From NCBI RefSeq assembly GCF_018350175.1, contig NC_058368.1, positions 61,134,001-61,198,000 of the forward strand: a stretch of DNA of 64,000 nt, read 5' to 3'. The notes beneath the pieces are model-generated. The model did not search any database, was not told where the DNA came from, and saw nothing but the letters and a program-made list of their open reading frames with translations. Position numbers and translations under genes: made by a program. Shown here in pieces: positions 50,770 to 62,600 of the stretch (positions are counted from its first letter, which is position 1; each line of letters starts with the position of its first letter). The stretch is from Felis catus. Lineage: Eukaryota.

Positions 50770-53166
50770 TAATGTCCCTCTTCTGAGGCTTTCAAATAAT
50801 GACATTGGAAGTAAAAGTCAAATCTTATTTTAATTTACAAATTAAGTGAAAAATCTAACTTCTTCAACAGTGAACTATTATTTATTATTTCAGGGTAATC
50901 CAAATTACTTATATACAGTTTTCTTTACATTTTAAAAAAATTAGAGTGAAGTAATAGTGAATTTACCATCAACTATCTAAGGAGTAATTTCCTGCATATT
51001 GGGAATAGAAGACTTTTCTAAATACACGCTTCATAAGATTCTCTGGGATCTACTTTACCAGGCCAACGAATAAACACTCCTTGTTGTATGTCTGCTGATT
51101 TTGACAGTTGTCAACATAACTTTTTATGAATCAACTCTTGATCCAGCAAATTCCCCTCCTGTGTAGATATAAAGATTGTGAAAGTAAGATCATTACATAC
51201 ACAGATATGTTCTCATTTCAGCAAGATGGAAAATCATATTAACAGAACACTCACTTTCCCCCTTACTGGCCCAGGTAAATTTGTCTACATCTTCTTAATG
51301 GCTTGCTATTGAATTCATTGTTCATAAACCTGAGAGAATTAAAATATGATACAAAAATATATAGTTTTGTAATCTTATTATCTTCTCTCTACTATGGGTC
51401 ATTGAGAAGAAACTTATAGTCTTTACAATTCCTATTTAGTTATATGCTAAAAATACAAGAAACGACATTCAGATGAGATAATTCCCATTCCTATTGTAAT
51501 TCCAAGCATTATATGTTTTGTTTTGTTTTCCTTTTTTTTTTTTTAAACATATATATTGACTGTGATGTTTAAAATGCCTGGCCTTTTCTGTATCCTGTCC
51601 TACATTCTGCCATCTATTTGGGGTTTTATCCAGCTTTCTCTCAAAACATTTTCCATGTTGAAGATCTGTCATTTTCCAAGTGAAGAGGATTTGAATTCCT
51701 CCTTTTACTCTCTCAACCTCTGTTGATACATTATGATTTTGTGATAAACTTATCTCTTCTCCATTTTAGGGTGTAATCACTCACTGATTCTAAGAATATC
51801 CATAGCATTTTAAAACAAATTAAATAATTGGTATGTTCCAAAAGGAAGACAGGATAGAGAAATGATAAATGCCTTAGGCTTTATGGTTTTCCAGCAATGG
51901 ATAATGAAGGTTGACCCAGTGTCAATTAGATCGGAAACGTTTGTTTTTGAAGTGATCTCGCTTTTGGCCTCACCTCCCAACTCCACTTAAAAGCCTTTGG
52001 CCCTCTTGGTGTGTATAACAGTATCCAGTGCTATTTACCTCGCTCCGCTCATCTACTCATAACTGCTTTTAGCTAATGTAACTAGAAAGGTGAGATTAAA
52101 GAAGTCATAGTGGCCAATACCCATTACACACATGCTTTATCCCTACCAATCACTTATTTTTTGACAGGAAAAATGACTGAAGTAAGTGAAGCTGCAATTA
52201 TGAAATATAATACTGTTATCAGATCCACGTTGAAAATATATTTTAAAAAACGTGTGTATTTATTTTCTAAAGAAAATAAGGAAGGGAACCTTTTTCTATA
52301 TTCTTCCACAATGTGCATCTGTTTCTCCTAAAGGAATAGTCCATGAAGGAAGTTCAAAACCTAAGTCTCCTACCTAGGTAAACATGACCTACCCCAGAAA
52401 ACATCAAGCACTCTCATTTTTAGTAAAGTATTTATGCAAGCACTCTACCTAGACTCCTGCTTATCTGTGTAAAATGAGAGCAGTGGCTATTAAAATTGGG
52501 AAAAGAGATGGCCATGAAAAAGAAATTTTGAAAACCCAAAGACTGAGAGTTTGCCCATTAGCAATTGATTCATGATTTTATCATCAATAATTTCACATTT
52601 ATTTCCTATTTTCTGTTTTGAAAATGTGTAAAATATATTAGCAGTATGCCAATGAAAATAACACTAGGTGAAATCCATAGGAAAACATGTTATATAGTTT
52701 AATTCTAATTAAATATCTCAGTATTCTACCATTTTGTCAGATTCTGAGAACACAGAATTATTTTCATTTCTGAAAATCATTCCAGAAAACAAACTTTTTA
52801 TTTTCCCTATGCGTTGTACATAAATTAAAGATGCATTATTTTGTTTTATTATCTTCTCTAATGTGATAAGTTAGTACATTATATAGAAGAGAGTGAACTT
52901 AGTTAAAATTATCTGCTTAAAAAATTTTTGACTCTAATGAAATAGATAACGTGATATATAAATAGAGTCAACATATAAATAAGGGTTTTCAAATGTTATA
53001 TATAACAGAAAATACTAGATAAGACACCTTTTGGTTATTTTGTATTGATGCTTCTAGAAATGATACAGTAGCTGCCTTCTAGACAATGTTCCCATAAAGA
53101 TGTATCATTATTATATTTTCCATTGAAAAATTAAATCTATTTAAATGTAAAAAAAATTAGAGTGGA

Positions 53167-53400
53167 GGGGCGCCTGGGTGGCGCAGTCGGTTAAGCGTCC
53201 AACTTCAGCCAGGTCACAATCTCGCGGTCCGTGAGTTCGAGCCCCGCATCAGGCTCTGGGCTGGTGGCTCGGAGCCTGGAGCCTGTTTCCGATTCTGTGT
53301 CTCCCTCTCTCTCTGCCCCTCCCCCGTTCATGCTCTGTCTCTCTCTGTCCCAAAAAAAATAAATAAAAAACGTTGAAAAAAAAAATTAAAAAAAAAAAAA
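53167..53400 (+). mobile_element. Young felid SINEC_Fc-like CanSINE
   Basis: CpG-rich, same diagnostics as the copy at 15722; long A tail; TSD TAGAGTGGA. Confidence 0.97.
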
Positions 53401-55103
53401 TAGAGTGGAGCTTATGAAATGAGATTTACAGAACTAAGATATAGGTTATTTGGAACATTAACCAGGCATCCAGTGCCTTAGCTCAACTAGAAGATTAATT
53501 GGGATTTTATTACATTAAAATATTTTTACATTTAGTGTTATTTTCTCTTTATCTTAACTCATTAAAATGCTTTAAATAAAGGTTTATGCAAAAATATCAA
53601 ATAAAAATGTGTGTATCCCATTTTCATAGCACTGTTATATTCAATTTTTGTTGTATTTTACTTCTATTCATAAGTAATTTTGCCATTACTCTTAGTATAT
53701 CTTCACATTTCTTGTGGTCCCTGCCTTTTTCATGTGTGTAAATACGTGCTTGTGTGTGCACAGTATAAAATAGACACATAAACATAATTTTCATGAGTAT
53801 CATTTGTTGCATATTTCAACCTTGACATGACTTGAGTTTTTAATTTGATTTATATCCTTGTCACATAGGATCATGAATGTATTTCAATATTAAAAAATGT
53901 TATTTTTCATCTCAGACATATTTTCTTCTATGTAACCAGTCATTGTTTATGTTGTAACTGTAGAAAGCAAATTTTGAATTTTCTACAACCCAGGGTTATA
54001 TTCATAACAGTTAGAAATAAGTTTTCCTTTGGCTTTTATATACACTGTTTCCACATGGTAAATAAAGATTTTATATACCATATGAGGAGTTTTGAAAGCT
54101 GCATTTTAGAATAAATTTAAATTTATTAACATAGATATTCAAATCATCATTCAAAACAGGATCCCAGGATAAGAGTCACATTGTACACATACCTCCAGTA
54201 TAGACACGTGCATTCTAAATCTGGTAATCAGTCACCTTACTCATATACCATGTTCAAAGTGCTAAATTATGTTTCATAGACACGTCACATTATGAATAGT
54301 CTAGTCAATTAAGTAAGACATGTATGACATAAGGAGGCATTTCCTTAGTATAAGAAAATAGCAAAAACATTCAGATATGAGAGAAATGCCAACTAATATT
54401 TGTTAAGTATTTACTATGTGTCAGCAATTTTGCGTGTTTTAACTCATCTTCCCTGCAGTCTGTGTGTGTGCGTGTGTGTGTGTGTGTGTGTGTGCATGTG
54501 CACATGTATGTGCACTTTGGTCGTCTTTTGTCAGATGAGGATATTGGCAGAGAAAAGTTAACTTCCTGAAGATACACTAGCAAGAAGTAAAAGTTTAACC
54601 TGGCCATGGCAGAAAGCCAGATGTCCAAAGAAACATAGGACTGTGGATCTAAGGTGGTAGGTTGGCACAATATCATAAAATACTTTAAATAAAAATTTAA
54701 GATGTTTTGAATCAAATAATAATAAAACGAGTCATTTTAGATAATAATCCTTCAGATATGAATTTTATTATCCTGGATGGTAAGTCATGGATTCCTATTA
54801 ACCTTGTAAAGCTTGGAACTTTCCAGTTCCCAGTGGCACATTCTTTTGATAATTTTTTTTTTCTTTGGTAGGACTGATATCTTCTAAGTATGCCATTCTT
54901 CTTAACCCTAAAATCTCCTGATAAATGTCTTACTTGCTTTCTGCCTGCATTTACAAGTGATTATCTGCTACCCGTTAAAAAAAAAGCTCTAAGGAGATAG
55001 GTAAGATGGTGAGAGTGATATGATAAAAAAAGATATATCCAGGAAAGATACGATATAAAAATGAAAATTCAGAATTTCATTGCAGATGTGATAATGTACA
55101 CTT

Positions 55104-55495
55104 AAAAAATGCTCAACATCACTCATCATCAGGGAAATACAAATCAAAACCAGAGTGAGATACCACCTCACAACCAGTCCGAATGACTAAAATTGACAAC
55201 TCTGGCAACAACAGATGTTGGTGAAGATACAGAGAAAGAGGATCTCTTTTGCACTGTTGATGGGGATGAAAACTGGTGAGGCCGCTCTGGAAAACAGTCT
55301 GAAGGTTCCTCAAAAAATTAAAAATAGAACTACCCTATGACCCAGCAATTTCACTACTAGGTATGTATCCAAAGATACATGTGATGTTTCAAAGGGGCAC
55401 ATGCACCTTAAATGCTTATAGCAGCACTATCAACAATAGCCTAAATATGGAAAGAGCCCAAATGTCCATCAACAGATGAATGGCTAAAGAAGATA

Positions 55496-55580
<85 letters not shown>

Positions 55581-55993
55581 GGGATATTATTTAGCAACCA
55601 AAAAGAATGAAATATTGCCATTTGCAACAACATGGATGGAACTAGAGTGTGTTATGTTAAGTTAAATAAGTCAGAGAAAGACAAATATATGACTTCACTC
55701 ATGTGGAATTTAAGATACAAAACAGATGAATATAAGGAAGAGAGCAAAATAATATAAAAACAGGGAGGGGGACAAAACCATAAGAGATTCTTAAATATAG
55801 GGAACAAACAGGGTTGCTGGAGGGTTTGTGGGTGGGGTGATGGGCTAAATGGGCAAGGGGCATTAAGGAAGACGCTTGCTGGGATGAGCACTGGGTGTTA
55901 TATGTAGGGGATGAATCACTGGATTGTACTCCTGAAATCATTGCACAATACGCTAACTAACTTGGATGTAAATTTAAAAAATAAATAATTAAA
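55104..55993 (+). mobile_element. 5'-truncated carnivore/felid L1 3' ~0.9 kb
   Basis: ORF2 C-terminal motifs (AATAGAACTACCCTATGACCCAGCAAT, CCATTTGCAACAACATGGATGG), felid-type 3' UTR, A-rich tail; internal (TA)n(CA)n at ~55497-55578. Confidence 0.93.
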
Positions 55994-56317
55994 TAGAAAA
56001 TATGTATTATATATAGTGTATCTTATGCATGTATATACATATTTTCCAGCACTGCTCTTAATATACATCATTAAGTAGATTTCTACGTTTGAAAATATTA
56101 CATTGCTTTTGTAATTTGATCTTTTATATTCTAATTTTAATTAGGTATACAAAGTAAGTTTTAATATCCACAAGTGAATTAAGAAAAAAAAATACTATTG
56201 TACTCTCTATTCTAGTGTTCTTTATGTATATAAGGGATATCCTACAAAGATTCTCACTGGAAAAGAGCCCCATAATACCAGCACTTCAGGGTATTCATTA
56301 GCCTGGAATCCTTTAGG

Positions 56318-56495
56318 CAGAAATTCTTATCTTTGACCTATGGACCCCCATGAGGCCATGAGAAGACTTCAGCTTGTTTTTTTAATCCTTTGAAACCTTA
56401 TGCAAGAATGAAAGTTTATATGCTTTTTTCATTGCTTTTCTTAGAGATTCTTAAAAGTTTACATGTAAAAAAACAAATGTCAAAAGTTACTACTG
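56318..56495 (+). mobile_element. hAT MITE (MER103C-like), decayed
   Basis: CAG...TTCTTA...ATGGACCCCCATGAGGCCATGG...AGATTCTTAAAAG...CTG. Confidence 0.5.
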
Positions 56496-57473
56496 GAAAC
56501 CAGGATACTCCTAAAAGGGAAGACTGACCTGAAACATGACTGATTTATTTTTAATTCACACAGACAACGATATTGCTTTCCAATCACAGGGCTGCAACTC
56601 GCTTATTGAAGACCTTTTTGCTTCAAGCGAGTTAATGAAGGTATCAACCACTGCAAACTAGATTTTGAATCAATATAAGTTACATTGTATGCCTCTAGAA
56701 TTATCGGTCCTTGACAACTCCCTGACCTAGTTAATATTATTGAGACCTGGTTCCCTAAATGCACGTGTTAGTGATTTACTTGTTGTCTCCTCCTCTCCTC
56801 CTCAGTACTCAGTGGACTGTTTACAAAGGACTTGTCCTTGATTAAATCTTATTCATCTTTAGAAATACTAGAATGCAATGGAGATCTAAAGAAAGTAGAT
56901 AACAAAAACCATTACATGGGATTTTGAGTATGCAGACACCACATAGGTAATTTCTTTCTTTGGCATCCAAAATTCAGTGCCTTGACACAACTGAATGCTG
57001 TTCTTCGTAATACTGTCACTCGGGTCAATACTTTGTTATATAGGTTTCCTCCTGGTTCAGGAAACTTCCTGCCTGGATATGTTCACCGGTCTAAGAGCAT
57101 AGGATAATATTGTTTGAAATTAGCTGGATGATTTCAGTCTTGTGAACAGTCTATTTGGAAATAACAGGTCCTAATGTTTTTAATTTTTATAATTATCTGA
57201 TTGAGCTATTTTTTGTAAAAATAAAACTGAAAAATTGGCAAACTCTCCTAAAATGTAGTGAAATATAATCCTAAAACTAAATCGATTTCAGTTCTTATGT
57301 GTTGAGGCTCCACTATAAGTGGAATGTTAATCCAACACAGAACATTGTGTGTGCCTTGACTCTCGGAAGATCATAAGAATGCAAAATAGATTTTACAAAT
57401 TTTTCTGAGCAGTGGCTGCATTTCCAAAGAGCGGAGATTAGAATGTGTGTGTATCTCATGTTAAATTCTCCTT

Positions 57474-57692
57474 GGGGCGCCTGGGTGGCGCAGTCGTTGA
57501 AGCATCCGACTTCAGCCAGGTCACCATCTCGCGGTCCGTGAGTTCGAGCCCCGCGTCAGGCTCTGGGCTGATGGCTGGGAGCCTGGAGCCTGTTTCCGAT
57601 TCTGTGTCTCCCTCTCTCTCTGCCCCTCCCCCATTCATGCTCTGTCTCTCTCTGTCCCAAAACTAAATAAACGTTGAAAAAAAAATTAAAAA
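57474..57692 (+). mobile_element. Young felid SINEC_Fc-like CanSINE
   Basis: CpG-rich, subfamily diagnostics; TSD TAAATTCTCC (57462-57471 / 57693-57702). Confidence 0.97.
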
Positions 57693-58239
57693 TAAATTCT
57701 CCAAATCCATCATTTACCATCATTTAGTATTAAAAACCAAATTATCAAAAAAGAGAAACAACTAAGAGTCTATTAGGAGGTATAATTTTACACACTGTAA
57801 AGGTGACAAAATAGAAAACGATAGCAAGGAGACTCAGCTATCTTTATCATGACAAAAGATGGGACAGGGGTTAAAAAACTCTCTTGATTATTAGGACTGT
57901 AGAGTAGTACTCACTCAGATTTAAGGTTTAAATTTATACTACAAATATAGTGCCCCCAAAACCTCCTACAGGGTATATAACCTGAGTGTCCTCACGATTT
58001 GCACAAACTCAAATCATGTATTGAAGATAATAACTTCAATCCATCCGTGCAAAAGCAATTTTAATTTAAGATGCATCTCAATCTCAAAAAGTTAGAAATG
58101 CAAGTTCCATGTAAGGCCACATAGTGAGCCCCTTCAAGGTTTAGCATAGAAGAATAACACATTCTGAAATATAATTCACTCTAAATTCATTTGGATTTGA
58201 TCTCAAGAATGGATTATAGATGTAATGATAGAAACAGAA

Positions 58240-58890
58240 ATACCAAATAGGAGATCATCTCACTAATGAAGGAGACTGGTGATGGTGACTCAGACCAGGG
58301 TGTCATCAGTATCAGCGGTAAGAAGTAATTAGAATTCATGTGTTCTTGAGATCAGGCCAGCAAGGTTTGCTGATGAACAGAATGTGAGGTGAAGAAAGCA
58401 GAATGTGAGGTGAAGAAAGGAATCAAGGATAACTTCAAGTATGTCATGAGCAATGGGAGGAACAGAAATGAAGAAGACTGAGATAGTGTAGGTCTGAGGA
58501 GGAAGGACAGGGCTTTGGTTACAAGGGCTTTGGTTGAGATGTGTAGTGGAAATCTAAGCCAAGATGTCAAGTAGGCAGTTGGAGGTACGAGGCAGGAATT
58601 CTATAGAGAACTTTGTTCTAGAGATATGATTTGGCTTTTCTTGGCATTTATATAAACCTTTAATACAAGAAGAGACCACTAAAGGAGTAAGCAGAGACCA
58701 AGAAGAGAACCAAGAACTAGGTCTGAGACAGTCTGCATAATTTGAAAAAAGATGGAGGAAAAACATGAAGAACTGTTTCAGAGAATGAGCGACATGCATT
58801 AGTGGGCTAAATACAATAGTTGTTTATTGATAATAAAGACAAGAATAGATTAGCTATAGTGGTGAGTAGAAAACTGTTGGAATAGATGTC
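58240..58890 (-). mobile_element. L2 fragment
   Basis: GGTTTGCTGATG...GGAATCAAGGATAACTTCAAG...GATGTCAAGTAGGCAGTTGGA, typical antisense L2. Confidence 0.75.
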
Positions 58891-59830
58891 TAGAGATCCT
58901 TGTTAAAACTGCTGCTGAAATGCATACAAGAATAAAATGTATCCTGGAAATCTGCGACCTATAATGAATACCAAAGATTTCTTTAATTGTTTATTCATAA
59001 TACAGGATTTAAGATTAACCATTTTTTTTCTGTGGGAAATATATAGGTATTGTTGGTTGCTAGGGAAAGATGGCATATGTGTGTGTAAGTTACCTGTTTT
59101 CAATAACTAGCAATTTAAATAGTCTTATAAAAGAGTAAATAATGCAGTCAAGACGGGGATGAGAATTGACTATGAGGCAATTTAAGACGTTAAATATTTC
59201 CCTCGAGTCATCTGGCTACAGATCAACATTATTCTTTCAACTAAGATTAAAATAATAAAACGCCTAAAAGAAAGATGTGGTAATTATAAGAGCTACACAG
59301 CAATGAAATTAGAAAAAAAAAGGAAGTGATAGATATTAACAAACAAAGGAAAACAGTGGATGTTCCCATACAAAACTCATCTGGGAAAACAGGTGTTCTG
59401 TTTTGCCATGATAGGCTTTCAAGGCCACATCAGGTATATCCCTATTGGCAAATTTGGTAAGAAATTTACATGGCAAAGTACATTTCCCTAATCAGATTCA
59501 GAGCGGTCAAATCCTTGATAATTTGTCTCCTCATGCAGATATCCTAAAATGAAATAATTTGCTGCCAGAACAACATGGGCGTATGGTTTACATAGCATTT
59601 TCTTTATACTGATAGTACTTCCATTTTAGTCTCATATATCATTTCTTGAAAAACACTTTTTGTTTTCTCACATGTAACAATTGTCTTTATAGATAGGATA
59701 GCATAATAAGGATCTCTCTGTCTGTCTGTCTCTCTCTCTCAAAGAAAACAAAAACTAGATATCCTGCAGGATAATGGTCTAAATAAGAATTAGTGGTATT
59801 GTAATTTCCACTGAGAAAAATGAAACTGTC

Positions 59831-60067
59831 CAGTGTTTCTCAATCCTGGTTCTCAACTAGAAGTGATTCTACTTCCAGGGTACATTTGGCAATGTCAGGG
59901 GACATTTTTGATTATGAAAATAATTACAGTCCTCAAGAGAGGGAAGCAGTGTACTGGCATCTAGTGTGTAGAGGTCAGGGATGCTTTCAAACCTCCTATA
60001 ATGACAACTCACCACACAAAAAAATTATGTAGTCCAAAATGTCATTAATGATAAGATTAAGAAACTG
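59831..60067 (+). mobile_element. hAT-Charlie MITE (MER20-like)
   Basis: GGTTCTCAAC...ACATTTGGCAATGTCAGGGGACATTTTTGATT...TACTGGCATCTAGTG...CCAAAATGTCA...AGAAACTG. Confidence 0.85.
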
Positions 60068-60175
60068 TTATTATAGGTAAATCTATGACTAGTTCTTAAT
60101 CTGTACCCACTTAACAAAATCACAGTTGTTAAAAATCTCTTAACATTGTATGATAGAATGTGATATGATACAATA

Positions 60176-60631
60176 TGATATGCTGAGTTGAACAATGCCC
60201 CTCCCCCAAATTCATATCCACTTAGAAACTATTTGGAAATAGTCTTTGTGAATGTAATCAAGTTCAGATGAGGTCATGCTGAATTAGTGTGGGTCCTAAA
60301 TTCAATAACTAGTGCCCTTTCAAAGAGAGAGGAATTTGGAGAGAGAGAGACAAAGGAGAGACATAACACAGATGGAAGAAGGCCATCTGATGGCAAAGGC
60401 AGAAATTGGAGTAATGCAGACGTAAGCCAAGAACACCAAGAATTGTTGGCGACCACCACAGGCTAGAAAGAGACAAGGCAGAATTCTTCCTGGGAGACTT
60501 CAGAGGAAAGATAATCCTGCTGACATCTTGATATCAGAATTCTAGCATCCAGAACTTTGAGAGAATAAATTTTGTTGTTCTAAACTACCCAGTTTGTGGT
60601 ACACTTATGGCAGCTCTGGAAAACTAATACA
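60176..60631 (+). mobile_element. MaLR solo LTR (MLT1C/D-like)
   Basis: CCCCAAATTCATATCCAC...AGATGAGGTCATGCTG...GCAGAAATTGGAGTAATGCAG...GAGAGAATAAATTT...AAACTAATACA. Confidence 0.9.
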
Positions 60632-61019
60632 TATGGTATGATATAGAATATGATATATGATGTAATTGCATTGCATATATCATGGTTAGGATTTTCTGAT
60701 GCTGAGAGTAGGGGAAACAAGGCTCCATGATTCTTTCTCATCACCACTGTAGCTTAAAATTCAGACTGAAATATGTGTTTTGCTAAACCCAGAACACATA
60801 TAAATCGTTATAAAACTTCTTAAAGTGTTGCTAGTGTTACTGTTTTGCATCAAGAAGTAGCAATATGATAAAGAAGAAAGTATCCTCAGTAAATATTATT
60901 ACAGAAACTAATTGAATTTTTTAAATTAGGAATCAACATATAGAATGGTTTAGACTTTTGTGAAATTTCTACAGATGTTTTATCAAAAGAAAAGGTGATC
61001 TGAGCCACATACTTTTTTT

Positions 61020-61242
61020 ATTAAAATATGTTTTTAAATGTTTGTTTATTTTTGACAGAGAGAGAGAGAGAGAGCATGAGTGAGGGAGGGGCAGAGAGAG
61101 AGGGAGACACAGAATCCGAAACAGGCTCCAGGCTCCGAGCTGTCAAGCACAGAGCCCAACGCAAGGCTTGAACTCATGGACCACAAGATCATGACCTGAG
61201 CTGAAGCCAGACACTTAACTGACTGAGCCACCCAGGCACCCC
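61020..61242 (-). mobile_element. CanSINE (feliform type)
   Basis: Reverse-complement element; TSD GCCA(C/T)ATACTTTTT. Confidence 0.95.
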
Positions 61243-61343
61243 AAGTGCCATATACTTTTTAAAGGTGCACTTCCTATCTGAGTGAACATAATATTATGCA
61301 CATTATTCTATTTTACTGATTTGAATTTAAAAATAAAAGCTAA

Positions 61344-61536
61344 GGGGCACCTAGGTGGCTCAGTTGGTTGAGTGACCAACTCTGGGTTTAGGCTCAAGTC
61401 ATGATCCCACGATTGTGGGATTGAACCCCATGTCAGGCTCTGCGCTGAGCATGGAGCCTAATTAAGATTCTCTCTCTCCCTCTCCCTCTGCTCCTCTCCC
61501 CTCTCCCTTGCTCCCTCTTTCTCTCTCTCTAAAATA
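61344..61536 (+). mobile_element. Older CanSINE
   Basis: GGGGCACCTAGGTGGCTCAG head, CT tract, short tail. Confidence 0.92.
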
Positions 61537-62403
61537 ATATATACATTAATTTTATTTTAAATATAAGATTCTTTGATTTATATCTCTACTTTTTTAAACA
61601 TTTATTTATTTTTGATAGCTCAGCAACTGACACCCTGCTCAAGCCCACATCTATATTATTCTTCATAATCTCAGTGCCTTTAGCAGTGCCTGGCACATAC
61701 TCAGTCAATAAAAGTATGCTAAGTAGATAAACTCAGGCTTTAAGCTGTGATGATTTTATAATACCTTAATCCTGTAATATGCCAAGAAAAGCCTAGAATA
61801 ATAACTATTGCTATACCTTTTGCAACAAACATGAAATAGAACTTATCCATGGGTGTATTAAATGATAACTTAAGTAAGCTTCACTGGTCATGTTCAACAA
61901 ACAAAAAAACCATCTATAACTTGTTATGTCTGTATTAAAATATCATTTTTAAGTAATATTAAAAGGAGGTGAATTTTATAGCCTTTCGAGCTTCTATGAA
62001 AACTTAAAATTTGAATTTATTTTAGTAATATAGTTTTGAGGAGATAATAGCTGGCATTAACTGAAATAACAAAGTAAAAATAAAGTTGTAATTCAGAGAA
62101 AAAATGATAGAAAGATGAATAGACTGTATTTGCCTAATGTTTTAAAGTGGAAAATACTTATCAAAATTAGAGTCCCCAGATGAATATGGTCATTATTATC
62201 CAATTGTTGAATAGATACTGAAGATAATTTCCAAATATAAAATCATTATTTAAAAAGAAATGAAAAATATATTTAAATTAGCTGAAATCATTGCATTATT
62301 TAGGGAATAAAAAAACGATTTAGACTTCTCAAAAACCATTTAATCATATGCATTTCTATAATATATCAACAACTTTTTGTTAGCTTCTAAATGGTATCTT
62401 TCC

Positions 62404-62600
62404 GGGGCGCCTGGGTGGCTCAGTCGGCTAAGCGGCCGACTTCGGCTCAGTCATGATCTCACGGTCCGTGAGTTCGAGCCCCGCGTCGGGCTCTGTGCTG
62501 ACAGCTCAGAGCCTGGAGCCCGTTTCAGATTCTGTGTCTCCCTGTCTCTCTGCCCCTCCCCTGCTCATGCTCTGTCTCTGTCTCAAAAATAAATAAACGT
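62404..62600 (+). mobile_element. CpG-rich CanSINE with essentially no poly-A tail
   Basis: Perfect TSD TAAATGGTATCTTTCC (62388-62403 / 62601-62616) directly after AAATAAACGT. Confidence 0.97.

Noticed and set aside
51222..51274. 53-nt exon-like segment (TTCTCATTTCAG|...CCCAG|GTAAAT)
   Set aside because: No recognisable peptide and no consistent chain of exons; needs RNA-seq
33749..54290. Exact 13-mer AGACACGTCACAT shared by 33749-33761 and 54278-54290
   Set aside because: Many 13-mer matches are expected by chance in 64 kb, and the flanks do not align
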